Notes: generated by a model not told the origin, from the sequence alone. A stretch of 64,000 bases of DNA from Chlamydiia bacterium (GCA_963804085.1 CAWDOQ010000002.1:96001-160000); one strand, 5' to 3'; positions 50,501 to 59,480 are shown, numbered from the stretch's first letter. Made by a program: numbers and translations.

Positions 50501-51053
50501 TTGCCTCCAAAAAGTATTTAGCATAGTGGGAGGAGTGGCTAACAGCTGTGATCTCTTTTGCAAGAGAAGGAAGATTCTCTTTCACGCAGTTTAAATCGCC
50601 TGAATCCTCTAAAAGAATCTGCATATGTGCGACAAAAAAGCTATCGCCGGGAAGGCCTTCAAAATGGAAATAGAGGTGACGGAAGGAGAGGACGCTGATC
50701 TCTTTTTCCGGACTGAGCCAATTTTTGATGATGTTTAAGAAAAAAAACTCTGTCTTAAACACTTTAGAAGCCCGGCATAAAAAGATTATCGAAACAGCAT
50801 CCGGGGCATGAGTAGGATCAGTCCACTGAACAACCGGCAAAAATTCATTTGTCCACGAGATAAAGTCCCCTTTATCTTCAAAGCAAAGCGACTCTGGAAT
50901 CAGCTTTTTTACAAGCTGCTCGGCCTGACGCACATACTCTTTAAGTGTGTTGTCGGGAAGCCCCTGTGCAAAGTGGGGGCGTATCTTCCAGACAAAACAT
51001 TGTGAATTTTTTTTTGTATTACGCATTGTTTTAAATTTGGTGTCTGCTATCAT
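47556..51053 (-). CDS. OppA-like (SBP family 5) domain fused to a ~665-aa N-terminal region; no signal peptide
   Basis: SLDPR, LFEGL, WSNGD.VTA.DF.YAW, NGPF, FN....PF....R.AF.YAI in the C-terminal ~500 aa. Confidence 0.85.
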   Translation of the reverse strand: MIADTKFKTMRNTKKNSQCFVWKIRPHFAQGLPDNTLKEYVRQAEQLVKKLIPESLCFEDKGDFISWTNEFLPVVQWTDPTHAPDAVSIIFLCRASKVFKTEFFFLNIIKNWLSPEKEISVLSFRHLYFHFEGLPGDSFFVAHMQILLEDSGDLNCVKENLPSLAKEITAVSHSSHYAKYFLEAKALSSDTKATLIHQELIRVIQKFPHIFDRTIFLEMSRFLALSEREFMQGRSQRHITKLLCAHHVIRKSLAREAARFPQERHLQLRIAQTRLHFAFGTKPVLGLILGICLFDKYEFFEEKHVLLAVQKLIPSAQAVKGSFYAYQGPQEMIRKVYLEIEKRDGSSFSLQERKVIKQFLSNELKASVEKLIPAVFMIRNEEEIMKNILLLSQEVKYSSDLPQLMISLEQQTATDFLFVITLVRVLREKNESLDKLFQNAEIEAEFTSERVQIVGYLRKKYPKEANVFSLRIAKQPEYLRADSSLNFYLARQKVIEMLNRALGDVRDYNGGMILRQVEQFSEFKQVFSYVSNRYPDLLENFFYSISPIEMQATLPLEQLQTLFRLFLESIETPLTKRESYCLKIQQKETNVFVLIRAREASFKEAIVRHLSLLEIFPKSLVSTNVEVESSHCIGYIYGSSDQQLQRRFLEAIQSGIEEWLQKLKSLQVLRLGYIYFPLSLDPRIGGDENSKNILELLFEGLMRMGKEGKPVCALAKSFEISSDQKCYTFKLRDSLWSNGDKVTAYDFEYAWKKILSPDFVTPFGYLFYPIKNAKSAKEGKISLDAVQVKALDYNTLYVELEHPTPYFLELTAFTLYSPVNHTVDKIHPNWAAQEGQGYVCNGPFQLQKKRSTRYELTKNPLYWHIEKIQLDQVLVFQDNSYTVLQMFKNNEIDWLGRPLYPWDSTFEGGCEEKMEFTSVPRIFWYVFNVKRFPFTNVKLRRAFAYAINRKQMLEKFKYHGSAALTPLPLAHTFHLEQGIQDGDKEYALQLFEEALKELGLTRKKFPVITMLYANGETRDNVARLLKDQWEKLFGITCNIEGHEWNVVFDRMTQGDYQLGNMNWKAFVNDPIYTLNAFRYSSERVNFAKWENEEYQKILDAADQEPDSEKHKEHLKHAEAILLREMPVVPIFYEVQEFKKKKHLKIAVNHQLGLFDFATASITKTP

Positions 51054-51094
51054 TTAAAAGCATTGAAAAGTTAATTGCTTCAAATTTTTAAGTT

Positions 51095-52696
51095 ATGAAT
51101 AAATTCTACCTCTCATTCCTACTTCTTTTTGCAGGCTGCGACTCTCCTAGCGCCTCGTGGGAGACGGAAAAAGAGAGCTTCCTTCCTTTAAGCTTCTCTA
51201 CGGAGGTGCGCTCCTTAGATCCAAGCATCGGTATCGATGACCAGTCTCAAATCGCAATTAAAATGCTCTTTGACGGCCTGATGTCCTTCAACCTTCAAGG
51301 AGAACTCACCCCCGCAATCGCGGAGCGATACGAGATATCTGAAGATCTAAAAACATACACCTTTTTTTTAAGATCTTGCAAATGGTCCAATGGAAAAGAG
51401 GTGACAGCCCACGATTTCGTCTACTCATGGAAAAAGATCATCGGCGGCAATGTCAAGGGTTCCGCGGTCCACAACTTCTATCCAATTAAGAACGCACGCG
51501 CAGTTCTTGAAAAAAAGATGGCTTTGGAAGAGGTCGGCATACATGCACTGGATAAGAAGACCCTCGTGGTCGAACTCGAGCACCCCACCCCTTATTTTTT
51601 AGAAGCGATCTCGACCTCCTCTTTTTTTGCGGTAAATGCTGAGCTAGACCAGGCCAACCCACAATGGACAAACCAGGTAGGCACTGCCTTTGTTGGCAAT
51701 GGCCCTTTTATCTTAGTAGAGCACAAGCAAAATAATGAGATGGTCCTCAAAAAGAATCCCCTCTACTGGGATGCACAGCAAGTCAAACTAGCAGGCGTTA
51801 AGATCGCCTTTGTCAAAGAGCCTCTGACACTTCTAAACATGTTTGAAAAGAAAGAGATCGCCTGGGCAGGCAAACCGCTGTTTAAGCTACCTCTAGATGC
51901 CGTGCCCACTCTTAAAAAAACGGGACAGGTCAGCTCAGTTCCTTCCTTGGGCGTCTACTGGTATTTTTTGAACACAGAGGCGTTTCCTTTTACCAATAAA
52001 AAGATGCGCTTGGCCTTTGCATACGCGATCGACCGCAAGGCGATCACTGACCATGTGCTGCAAGAGGGAGAGACTCCCGCTTTAGGAATATTGCCCAAGT
52101 CGCTCAACGTCAACCCTAACTCCTATTTTGCCGACAATAATATCGAAGAGGCCAAACGTTTATTCCACGAAGCGCTGCAAGAGCTGGGCCTGACAAAAGA
52201 GACGCTGCCTCCTATCACAATCAGCTACAACTCATCCGAATACCACCAGCGCACTGCACAAGTCATTCAAGAGCAGTGGAACAAGGTTTTTGGGATCCAA
52301 GTCCGCTTAGAACAAGAGGAGTGGAAGGTCCACTTTCAAAAGTTACTAAGTGGAAACTATCAGATTGGAGGTTTGGGTTGGCACTCTTGGCTAAAAGACC
52401 CGATCTACATCATGCAGACATTCCGCTACCGCTCAGATGGGATCAACATGTCTCGCTGGGAGCATCCTACTTATCGCGCCCTTTTGAAATCTGCGGAGCA
52501 AGAGAGTGATAAGGAAAAGCGCAGACGCATGTTTTTTGAAGCAGAAAAACTGCTCATGGAAGAGATGCCTATTATTCCTATTTATTTCACCTCGTTGTGC
52601 TATGCAAAAAGCCCGAGACTTAAAGATGTCTACGTATCTGAGGTTAACACGGTCGATTTTAAATGGGCCTCCTTTGAAAAAGAGGCAAAACGATGA
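51095..52696 (+). CDS. oppA: Oligopeptide ABC transporter substrate-binding lipoprotein
   Basis: LFAGC lipobox; SLDP, WSNG.EVTAHDF, NGPF motifs. Confidence 0.92.
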   Translation: MNKFYLSFLLLFAGCDSPSASWETEKESFLPLSFSTEVRSLDPSIGIDDQSQIAIKMLFDGLMSFNLQGELTPAIAERYEISEDLKTYTFFLRSCKWSNGKEVTAHDFVYSWKKIIGGNVKGSAVHNFYPIKNARAVLEKKMALEEVGIHALDKKTLVVELEHPTPYFLEAISTSSFFAVNAELDQANPQWTNQVGTAFVGNGPFILVEHKQNNEMVLKKNPLYWDAQQVKLAGVKIAFVKEPLTLLNMFEKKEIAWAGKPLFKLPLDAVPTLKKTGQVSSVPSLGVYWYFLNTEAFPFTNKKMRLAFAYAIDRKAITDHVLQEGETPALGILPKSLNVNPNSYFADNNIEEAKRLFHEALQELGLTKETLPPITISYNSSEYHQRTAQVIQEQWNKVFGIQVRLEQEEWKVHFQKLLSGNYQIGGLGWHSWLKDPIYIMQTFRYRSDGINMSRWEHPTYRALLKSAEQESDKEKRRRMFFEAEKLLMEEMPIIPIYFTSLCYAKSPRLKDVYVSEVNTVDFKWASFEKEAKR

Positions 52697-53544
52697 GTAA
52701 AGAAGAGCTTTTGATCGGCGCTCACACATCGATTGCAGGAGGCGTACATAACGCGCTTTTAGAAGGGGCATCAATTGGGGCGACAACCGTGCAGATCTTT
52801 ACGAGCAATCAGAGGCAATGGAAGGGAAAGCCGATTAGCGATGCAGAGTTAGATCTTTGGCATAAGACGCTAAAAGAGACAGGCCTTAAAAAGATCATGA
52901 GCCACGACAGCTACCTGATCAACCTGGGTTCGTCCGATAAAGAAGCGCTGGACAAGAGCCGTAAGACTTTTAAGGAGGAGCTCGAGCGCTGCCACAAGCT
53001 CAAGATCTCCTATCTCAACTTCCATCCGGGAGCTGCACTTGCACGCTCAGTTGAAGAGTGTCTCGACACCATTTGCGAAAGCCTCCTCGAACTTGAGTCT
53101 TTGGCAGATAAGGGTTCGACACGCATGCTCCTGGAAGCAACCGCAGGGCAAGGCTCGAGTGTGGGCCACAGGTTTGAGCATCTAGCTTATGTAATTGAGC
53201 GCGTCCATAAAAAGATCCCGATAGGAGTCTGCATAGATACCTGCCACATCTTTTCTGCAGGTTATGACATCCGCACCAAAAAAGGGTGGGACGAAGTTTT
53301 GCAAGAATTTGATAAGATTGTCGGATTAAAGCATCTTTATGCCTTTCACGTGAACGACTCGCTGAAACCATTAGGAGCAAGACGCGATAGACACGCGTCT
53401 CTAGGCAAAGGCGAGATCGGTATTGAGTCTTTCAAGGTAATGATGACGCATCCTTTATTGCGCGAGATTCCTAAGTATTTGGAGACTCCCGATACCGAGA
53501 TTTGGAAGGATGAGATTGAATTATTAAGAAAATTTGGGAGTTAA
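52693..53544 (+). CDS. nfo: Endonuclease IV
   Basis: IGAHTS, HDSYLINL, FHPG, CIDTCH, HVND, DRH, LETP. Confidence 0.97.
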   Translation: MSKEELLIGAHTSIAGGVHNALLEGASIGATTVQIFTSNQRQWKGKPISDAELDLWHKTLKETGLKKIMSHDSYLINLGSSDKEALDKSRKTFKEELERCHKLKISYLNFHPGAALARSVEECLDTICESLLELESLADKGSTRMLLEATAGQGSSVGHRFEHLAYVIERVHKKIPIGVCIDTCHIFSAGYDIRTKKGWDEVLQEFDKIVGLKHLYAFHVNDSLKPLGARRDRHASLGKGEIGIESFKVMMTHPLLREIPKYLETPDTEIWKDEIELLRKFGS

Positions 53545-53548
53545 TTTT

Positions 53549-53651
53549 TTGTCCTTGCCCGTGCCCTTGCCCCTGCCCTTGCCCGAATTAAAAATGAAGA
53601 ATGAAGAAAGAAAATCGGGCAAGGGCACGGGCAAGGGCAGGGGCACGAAAA
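53549..53651. repeat. Hexamer-armed palindrome with purine-rich spacer
   Basis: (NTGCCC)n GAATTAAAAATGAAGAATGAAGAAAGAAAATC (GGGCAN)n. Confidence 0.9.
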
Positions 53652-53667
53652 AGAGAGAAAAAGGTTT

Positions 53668-55037
53668 ATGCGAATTAAAATAAAAAAAATTAGTCCATCA
53701 GACATCGGGAAAGTTCTTAAGGTCTGTGGCTGGATACGCTCCGTGCGAGATCAGAAAAATTTTGCTTTCATCGAGTTAAATGATGGGTCGACACTCGGCT
53801 CACTACAGATCGTTGCAGATGGTTCCCAGCTGACGCCTGAGCTAACGACAGGCGCATCTATCGCCGTCACCGGCAAGCTGGTCGAAAGTCCCGGACAGAA
53901 GCAGAAGTGGGAGCTAAAAGCAGAGAAGATCGAGCTCTTCGGCACCTGCTCTCCCGAAGAGTACCCTCTACAAAAAAAGCGGCATACTTTTGAGTTTCTG
54001 CGCACGATTGCCCACCTGCGTCCACGTACAAACACTCAGGGAGCAGTGCAGCGCGTGCGAAACGCACTTGCCCATGCCACCCACCTCTTTTTCCAAGAAA
54101 AAGGCTTTCTCTATGTCCAGACGCCGATCATCACAGCCTCTGATTGCGAAGGAGGCGGCAAGCAGTTTCTCGTCACCACGCTCGATCCCAATGCTCCCCC
54201 GCGACATTCAGACGGAAGCGTCGACTACACGAAAGACTTCTTTTCCAAGCCAGCCTATCTCACTGTTTCGGGCCAGCTCAATGGCGAAGCACTCGCCTGC
54301 GCCCTCTCTGACATCTACACCTTTGGACCGACATTTCGCGCAGAGAACTCCAACACGAGCCGTCACCTTGCCGAATTTTGGATGATCGAGCCTGAAATGG
54401 CGTTTGCTGATCTAAAAGCGGACATGGAGTGTGCAGAGGCATACCTCAAGTATGTGATCCGCTATGTTCTCGACCATTGCCAAGAGGATATGACCTTTTT
54501 TGATCAGTTCATCGAAAAGGGGCTGATCGACAGACTAAACCATGTCTTCTCCTCCCCTTTTGCTCACATGACCTACACAGAAGCTGTCGACATTTTGACA
54601 AAAGCACCCAGATCGTTCGAATTCGCTGTCAAATGGGGAATCGATCTGCAGTCAGAACATGAGCGCTATCTTGCAGAAGAGTATTGCAAAAAGCCGGTGA
54701 TACTCACCGACTACCCGCAAAAGATTAAAGCCTTCTACATGCGCGACAACGACGATGGCAAGACGGTCGCCGCTATGGACGTGCTTGTCCCCAAAATCGG
54801 CGAGATCATCGGTGGCAGCCAGCGCGAGGAGCGCCTCGACATTTTGAAGAGCAAGCTAGAGGCGTTCGGACTACCAGCCGACGTCTACTGGTGGTACCTG
54901 CAGCTGCGCCAATATGGAAGCGTCCCTCATGCAGGCTTCGGCGTCGGCTTCAGAGGCTCGTCCTCTTCATCACTGGCATGGAGAACATTCGGGATGTGAT
55001 TCCGTTTCCGAGGTTTCCAAATAACGCAGACTTCTAA
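53668..55037 (+). CDS. asnS: Asparagine--tRNA ligase (frameshift near 54951)
   Basis: [32 protein letters not shown]; shifted frame [20 protein letters not shown]. Confidence 0.96.
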
Positions 55038-55045
55038 ATTTCAAA

Positions 55046-55100
55046 CGCGTGCCTGTGCCCGAATTAATTCGGATCGGGCACGCACGCGGGCACGGGCACG
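55046..55100. repeat. Hexamer-armed palindrome, shortened left arm
   Basis: GTGCCCGAATTAATTCGGATCGGGCACGCACGCGGGCACGGGCACG. Confidence 0.9.
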
Positions 55101-55117
55101 AAGAAAAGAGACTAGAC

Positions 55118-55869
55118 TTACCTAAAGCCACCGGTGACGAATAGCGATTCGCCAGTTATCCAAGAAGAATCGTCTGATGCGAGAAAGAGTACAGCACGCG
55201 CGATATCTTCCGGTTTTCCAATTCTTCCAAGAGGAGTGTTCTTTTCAGTCTCTTTGCGGAAATCGCTCTCAAGGATCCCAGCAAGCGCGTACCTTCCGTT
55301 TCTATTATACCCGGATTAACGGTAATTCACACGGATTTTACGCGGACCCAGTTCTTTGCAAGCGATCGGGTAATGGCATCGACAGCACCCTTTGTTCCGC
55401 TGTAAACTGCTACCTCAGGAACCGAAGCTTTGCTCACAAGCGAACTAATATTGACAATGCTTCCCCCCTTAGTTCCAAACATCTTGGCAGCCTCTTGTGA
55501 AGCAAGCAAAAGACCCAGAACGTTTAGATCAAACTGCTTATGGAAGTGTTCGGAAGTTATCTCTTCGAGCGGACTGAATTCGTAAATGCCTGCGTTGTTG
55601 ATGAGAATATCGAGTTTTCCAAATGCTTTTTTCGCGTCAGAAAAGAGGCGTTTGATCTCCTTCTGATTTGACATGTTAGCTTGGACAGCTACTGCCTTGC
55701 CTCCACCCTTCTCAATTTTTTTTACAACAGCTTCCGCCTCTTTTTTGCTTGAGCCATAGTTAACGACAACAGCCGCCCCTTCTGCAGCAAGCTGCAAGGC
55801 AATCGCAGCTCCGATCCCTTTTGATGCACCTGTTACGACAGCAACCTTTCCTGCGAGTTTTTTAGCCAT
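55118..55869 (-). CDS. SDR family oxidoreductase (several indels in the 3' third)
   Basis: [17 protein letters not shown]; remainder ([22 protein letters not shown]) found in shifting frames. Confidence 0.85.
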
Positions 55870-55888
55870 AAACTTCTCCTCCTTTGGA

Positions 55889-57016
55889 TTAAATCTTGTT
55901 TTTAGCTCCTGCGATAACACCTGCGCCTAAGCCGAAGAGCATCGCGGCAAAGGCGATAATAAAGCCAACAACGGGAATGGATGTTAAGATAAAATAGATC
56001 ACAAGACCGCTCAGAAAGACGATCTCTTTTCTAGGTTTCCACTTGTACCACTTAAAAAACGCATCCGATACCCACATGATCGAAAAGACTTTTGCAGTGT
56101 AAAACCCGATTACGTTCAAGGCAATCAAGGTAAGAGCAAAAGGCGCACCTAAAATCGTCATGAGCAGAATGAGCGAAGCCAGAGGCAGTACAATCAGTAG
56201 CATTAAGCCATAGCCGAACGCCTTCAAAGGCTGCTCTGAAAGCGCTTTCAGCGCGCGATGTAGATTAGTCGGAAAGAGACGCAGAAAGATAAGCCCGATC
56301 ACAAAAGTGTAGAGAAAATTCATCAGAATGGCAGCGACCTTAGACCCCAAGAGCAGCCCATGAATCCAATGGCCCTTTAAAAGATCGTGAACCACCGAGG
56401 GATGGAAGTTGACCTTGCCTCCGATAGTGGCACCAGGATCGATGTAAGCTGTAGCGCTGCTCTGGTAATCGAGATCTCCTCCAATAGTAGCTTTTGAGGT
56501 GAGCCGCAATTTTCCAACATGCGCCTCTAGATCCTGCTTTATAGTATTCGACACGCGCAAGTTAGATGCGACAACAGTAGCGTCGCCAGAAACAGGGCTA
56601 GAGATGTCCACATTTCCTGCAACTGCGACAAGATTTCCTAAAAGTTTTGCAGAAGAGGCCAACTGCACATTTCCACCGACCGCCGTCGTGTTATGCCCGA
56701 CTGTGCCGCTGATGGCGATCTGTCCTCCCAACACGCGCACGTTATTGTCCACCACCCCGGACATCTCCACATTCCCGGCTAAAATGAGAAGATCGCCCGT
56801 CACATGCCCATCGATAAAGACCTGCTTGGCGAGCACATAGAGATCCCCTTCCACACGTCCTGAGATCTCGACATTATCTTCCATGATGAAGTAATCGCCC
56901 AAGTGGACACTACCTTTGGGCAGCGTGAGAAAATCCTCCTCCTTCTTTACTTGGGCATCGTCTGCAAAGCCGATAAGAGGAAAGAAAACAGAGAGGAGAA
57001 GAATAATTAAGCGCAT
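55889..57016 (-). CDS. Bactofilin-like beta-helix protein with signal peptide and C-terminal TM helices
   Basis: Repeated V.I.G.V.GD/N motifs, then 4-5 hydrophobic segments. Confidence 0.75.
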   Translation of the reverse strand: MRLIILLLSVFFPLIGFADDAQVKKEEDFLTLPKGSVHLGDYFIMEDNVEISGRVEGDLYVLAKQVFIDGHVTGDLLILAGNVEMSGVVDNNVRVLGGQIAISGTVGHNTTAVGGNVQLASSAKLLGNLVAVAGNVDISSPVSGDATVVASNLRVSNTIKQDLEAHVGKLRLTSKATIGGDLDYQSSATAYIDPGATIGGKVNFHPSVVHDLLKGHWIHGLLLGSKVAAILMNFLYTFVIGLIFLRLFPTNLHRALKALSEQPLKAFGYGLMLLIVLPLASLILLMTILGAPFALTLIALNVIGFYTAKVFSIMWVSDAFFKWYKWKPRKEIVFLSGLVIYFILTSIPVVGFIIAFAAMLFGLGAGVIAGAKNKI

Positions 57017-58011
57017 ACTCTATCCGTTTGCTTCCTGTGGTAGATCTCAAGCTGCCTGGTTGCAAGCAGCTTAACATTTTCTTCCGCCTGCTCTTTTGAG
57101 CGCGTATCCTCTCTAGTTTTCAAGAGCTCTCCGATCTCCTCTAAGTTGAGCAGCGTGATCAGAGGATGCCTACATAACATGGGGTCGACATTGCGTGGAA
57201 CGGAGAGATCAAAGATGAGCTTTGTGCTGATCTCCTCTTCTTGTGCGATCTGATCGTAAGAGAGAAGATAATCGTGCCGATTTGTTCCACAGATAACTAG
57301 TTCAAAGCTGTGCCAAGAAGAGAGCTCTGACCAGGGCAGCAGCTTTAAACTTTCGCGCTCTTCCATCTCTTTTACAGAATCCGGCGAGCGCGTACAGAGC
57401 GTGAGGTTGTTCGCTCCCTTGCGTTTAAAAAAGTGGAGAATTTTACGGTTGATCTCAGAATTTCCGACGAACAAAACAGATGCGCTGTTAAGAGATTTAA
57501 AAAGCTTTTGGCTCACATGGAAAATCGTCCCTTCCAGTGTAGCTCTTGCAGGCGCAAAAGCAAAATGTGACCGCATCTCTTTTCCAATCTTTAAGCTCTT
57601 CTGAAAGAGAAAATGCATGCAGCTTGGCAGCGCACGCAAAAATGTAGCACTTTGATAGGCGATCTTTACCTGACGCTGGATCTCGCTTTCGCCTAAAATA
57701 ACACTATCTAGGCCGGAAGTAACAGAGGATAGGTGCACAAAGCAGTCAGCTCCAAAGTAGCTATAGAGCGCATGCTCAAAAGCTAAAGTGATTTTGGATC
57801 GCAAAAGCTGCAAAATCTCTCCATGCTTTTCTGCAAGATCCTCACCGCTAAAATAGATCTCGGTGCGGTTGCATGTCGAAAGAAGGAGCGCATTTAAATG
57901 CTCAAGCTCCTCTCTTTTTTCATCCAAAAGCAACAGGGCTGCCTTTGCGACAACTTCGCGAAGGGCAAGGTCTGCCGACTTGTAATTTATCCCGACAACG
58001 CCAATGTGCAT
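57007..58011 (-). CDS. hemA: Glutamyl-tRNA reductase
   Basis: LSTCNRTEIY, SGLDS.ILGE.EI..Q, DLSVPRN. Confidence 0.95.
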   Translation of the reverse strand: MHIGVVGINYKSADLALREVVAKAALLLLDEKREELEHLNALLLSTCNRTEIYFSGEDLAEKHGEILQLLRSKITLAFEHALYSYFGADCFVHLSSVTSGLDSVILGESEIQRQVKIAYQSATFLRALPSCMHFLFQKSLKIGKEMRSHFAFAPARATLEGTIFHVSQKLFKSLNSASVLFVGNSEINRKILHFFKRKGANNLTLCTRSPDSVKEMEERESLKLLPWSELSSWHSFELVICGTNRHDYLLSYDQIAQEEEISTKLIFDLSVPRNVDPMLCRHPLITLLNLEEIGELLKTREDTRSKEQAEENVKLLATRQLEIYHRKQTDRVCA

Positions 58012-58058
58012 CTGTTCCTTCTCAAAAGAACACTTATTCTACTTAACACATTTTTTAG

Positions 58059-58496
58059 CTAGAAATTTTGTATGCACGAAAGAATCGCATCTGAATCAAA
58101 GCCGCGGCGCTTGAGTGCTTGAAATAATTTTGCTTTGTCCTGCTTGTATTTTTTCCCGCTTTTTTGAAGAAAAAGAGCGATCGCCTCGTTCTGCTCGCTG
58201 CGCTTTTCACCAAGAATAGAGGCAGCCTGCTTTGTCCACCCCTTCTTCGCTTGCAGCTTTGCTGCGATGAGAAGCGGGCCATGACACTTTTTATACTCGC
58301 GCGCGATAAAGTGTGTAAGATCCTCTTCGTCGTTTAAATAGCCGAGACGCTCGCACTCTTGAACAGCTGCCACCGCACTCTTTTGTGAGTGCCCCTTGAG
58401 TATGAGCTTCTCTTTCAGCTCAAATGAGAAGTGGCGCCTGAAAGCCAAAAGCTTGAGTGCTTGCTTGGTTGCTTCATCCATGATTCTATCTTGCAT
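58059..58496 (-). CDS. recX: Regulatory protein RecX
   Basis: ALKLLAFR.H..EL..KL, GYLND, GP..I..KL..K, L.RRGF. Confidence 0.88.
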   Translation of the reverse strand: MQDRIMDEATKQALKLLAFRRHFSFELKEKLILKGHSQKSAVAAVQECERLGYLNDEEDLTHFIAREYKKCHGPLLIAAKLQAKKGWTKQAASILGEKRSEQNEAIALFLQKSGKKYKQDKAKLFQALKRRGFDSDAILSCIQNF

Positions 58497-58532
58497 TGTA
58501 ACCCTAAATTCAGCCAAGATGAGAGTATGATA

Positions 58533-58802
58533 ATGGAAGAAATTGGAGGAGTGCCGCCCGTCGGACCTGGATCTGGCACCTCGCCCACACAACCCTCCGG
58601 AGCAGAGAAGCCCACATCAGGCAGCTACAGCGAAGACGTGATGCAAACCTGGAACAAGCTGTTTGGAGGCAAAGCCTCCAATGAAGAGCTCAAGCAGATC
58701 ATCAATCTAGTCCTCAAGCAAGCCGTCGACCAAGTAAAAAAAGACCAAGCCAGACTAGTAGAAGCCATCAAAAAAATCCGCCGCGACCAAGAAGAAGGCT
58801 GA
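58533..58802 (+). CDS. Small hypothetical protein with Pro/Ser/Gly-rich N-terminus (CT656/657-like position)
   Basis: Low-complexity leader plus helical C-terminus; lies upstream of rluD-khpA as in Chlamydia. Confidence 0.6.
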   Translation: MEEIGGVPPVGPGSGTSPTQPSGAEKPTSGSYSEDVMQTWNKLFGGKASNEELKQIINLVLKQAVDQVKKDQARLVEAIKKIRRDQEEG

Positions 58803-58835
58803 AGAATAGAACTCAGTGGAATCTTAAATCTTGGC

Positions 58836-59480
58836 AATAGACATGTCGGGGGTATCGGCGATTCTCGTCGCTACCCCCAGCTGCCCCCTTGCGCCTCACC
58901 TCGCGTTGCCAAATCGCGTGCTCGTCGGGGGGCCGTGTATAACACGGCACCGCCACGCGCTTCGTGCTCTCCTGCGGCAGCGATTTTGCTGTGCGATCTG
59001 AGTCGAATGGCTGCTCGTGCGCTCACTTCCCACACCTGACGGTGCGGGTCCCTTCTCGCGTCATGTCGCAGAGCCATACTTCAAGAGTGTATCCTTCTTG
59101 TATGGAGTGCGGTGACTTGTCACCGCTTTGTTAGACAGCGACTCGTCGCTGCTCTTTCTTGAGAGACATCGTGACAAGTCCCGATGGAGAAAAGCGGTGA
59201 CAAGTCACCGCACTCCACATAAGAGTGAATCCAACATTGACAGGCTCTGCGAGCCGACATGGAAGGGGCCCCGCGACGAAGGAGTGGGGAGGGAGTGCGC
59301 CGAGCAGCCATTCGACTCAGATCGCACAGCAAAATTGTACCGCAGGAGAGCGCAAAGCGCGTGGCGGTGCCGTATTTCATACGGCCCCCCGATGAGGACA
59401 CGATTTGGCACAGCGAGCTGGGGCGCAAGGGGGCAGCTGGGGGCCGGGACGAGAATCGCCCGTCCCCCGACATGTCTATT
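58836..59480. mobile_element. Long fold-back element, copy 2, with nested REP doublet
   Basis: Arms 58836-59075 and 59243-59480; ends AATAGACATGTCGGGGG / CCCCCGACATGTCTATT. Confidence 0.85.
59103..59217. repeat. REPIN-like doublet of GGAG-tagged REP palindromes
   Basis: TGGAGTGCGGTGACTTGTCACCGCTTT (59103-59129) and its exact reverse complement (59191-59217). Confidence 0.85.

Noticed and set aside
40720-55360. Frameshifts in pheT, asnS and SDR (also maf, GDH, DHH genes) as pseudogenes or programmed recoding
   Set aside because: Essential synthetases are affected, the pheT break is in an A-run and flanking sequence is intact, so sequencing or assembly indels are more likely. Needs a read-level check.
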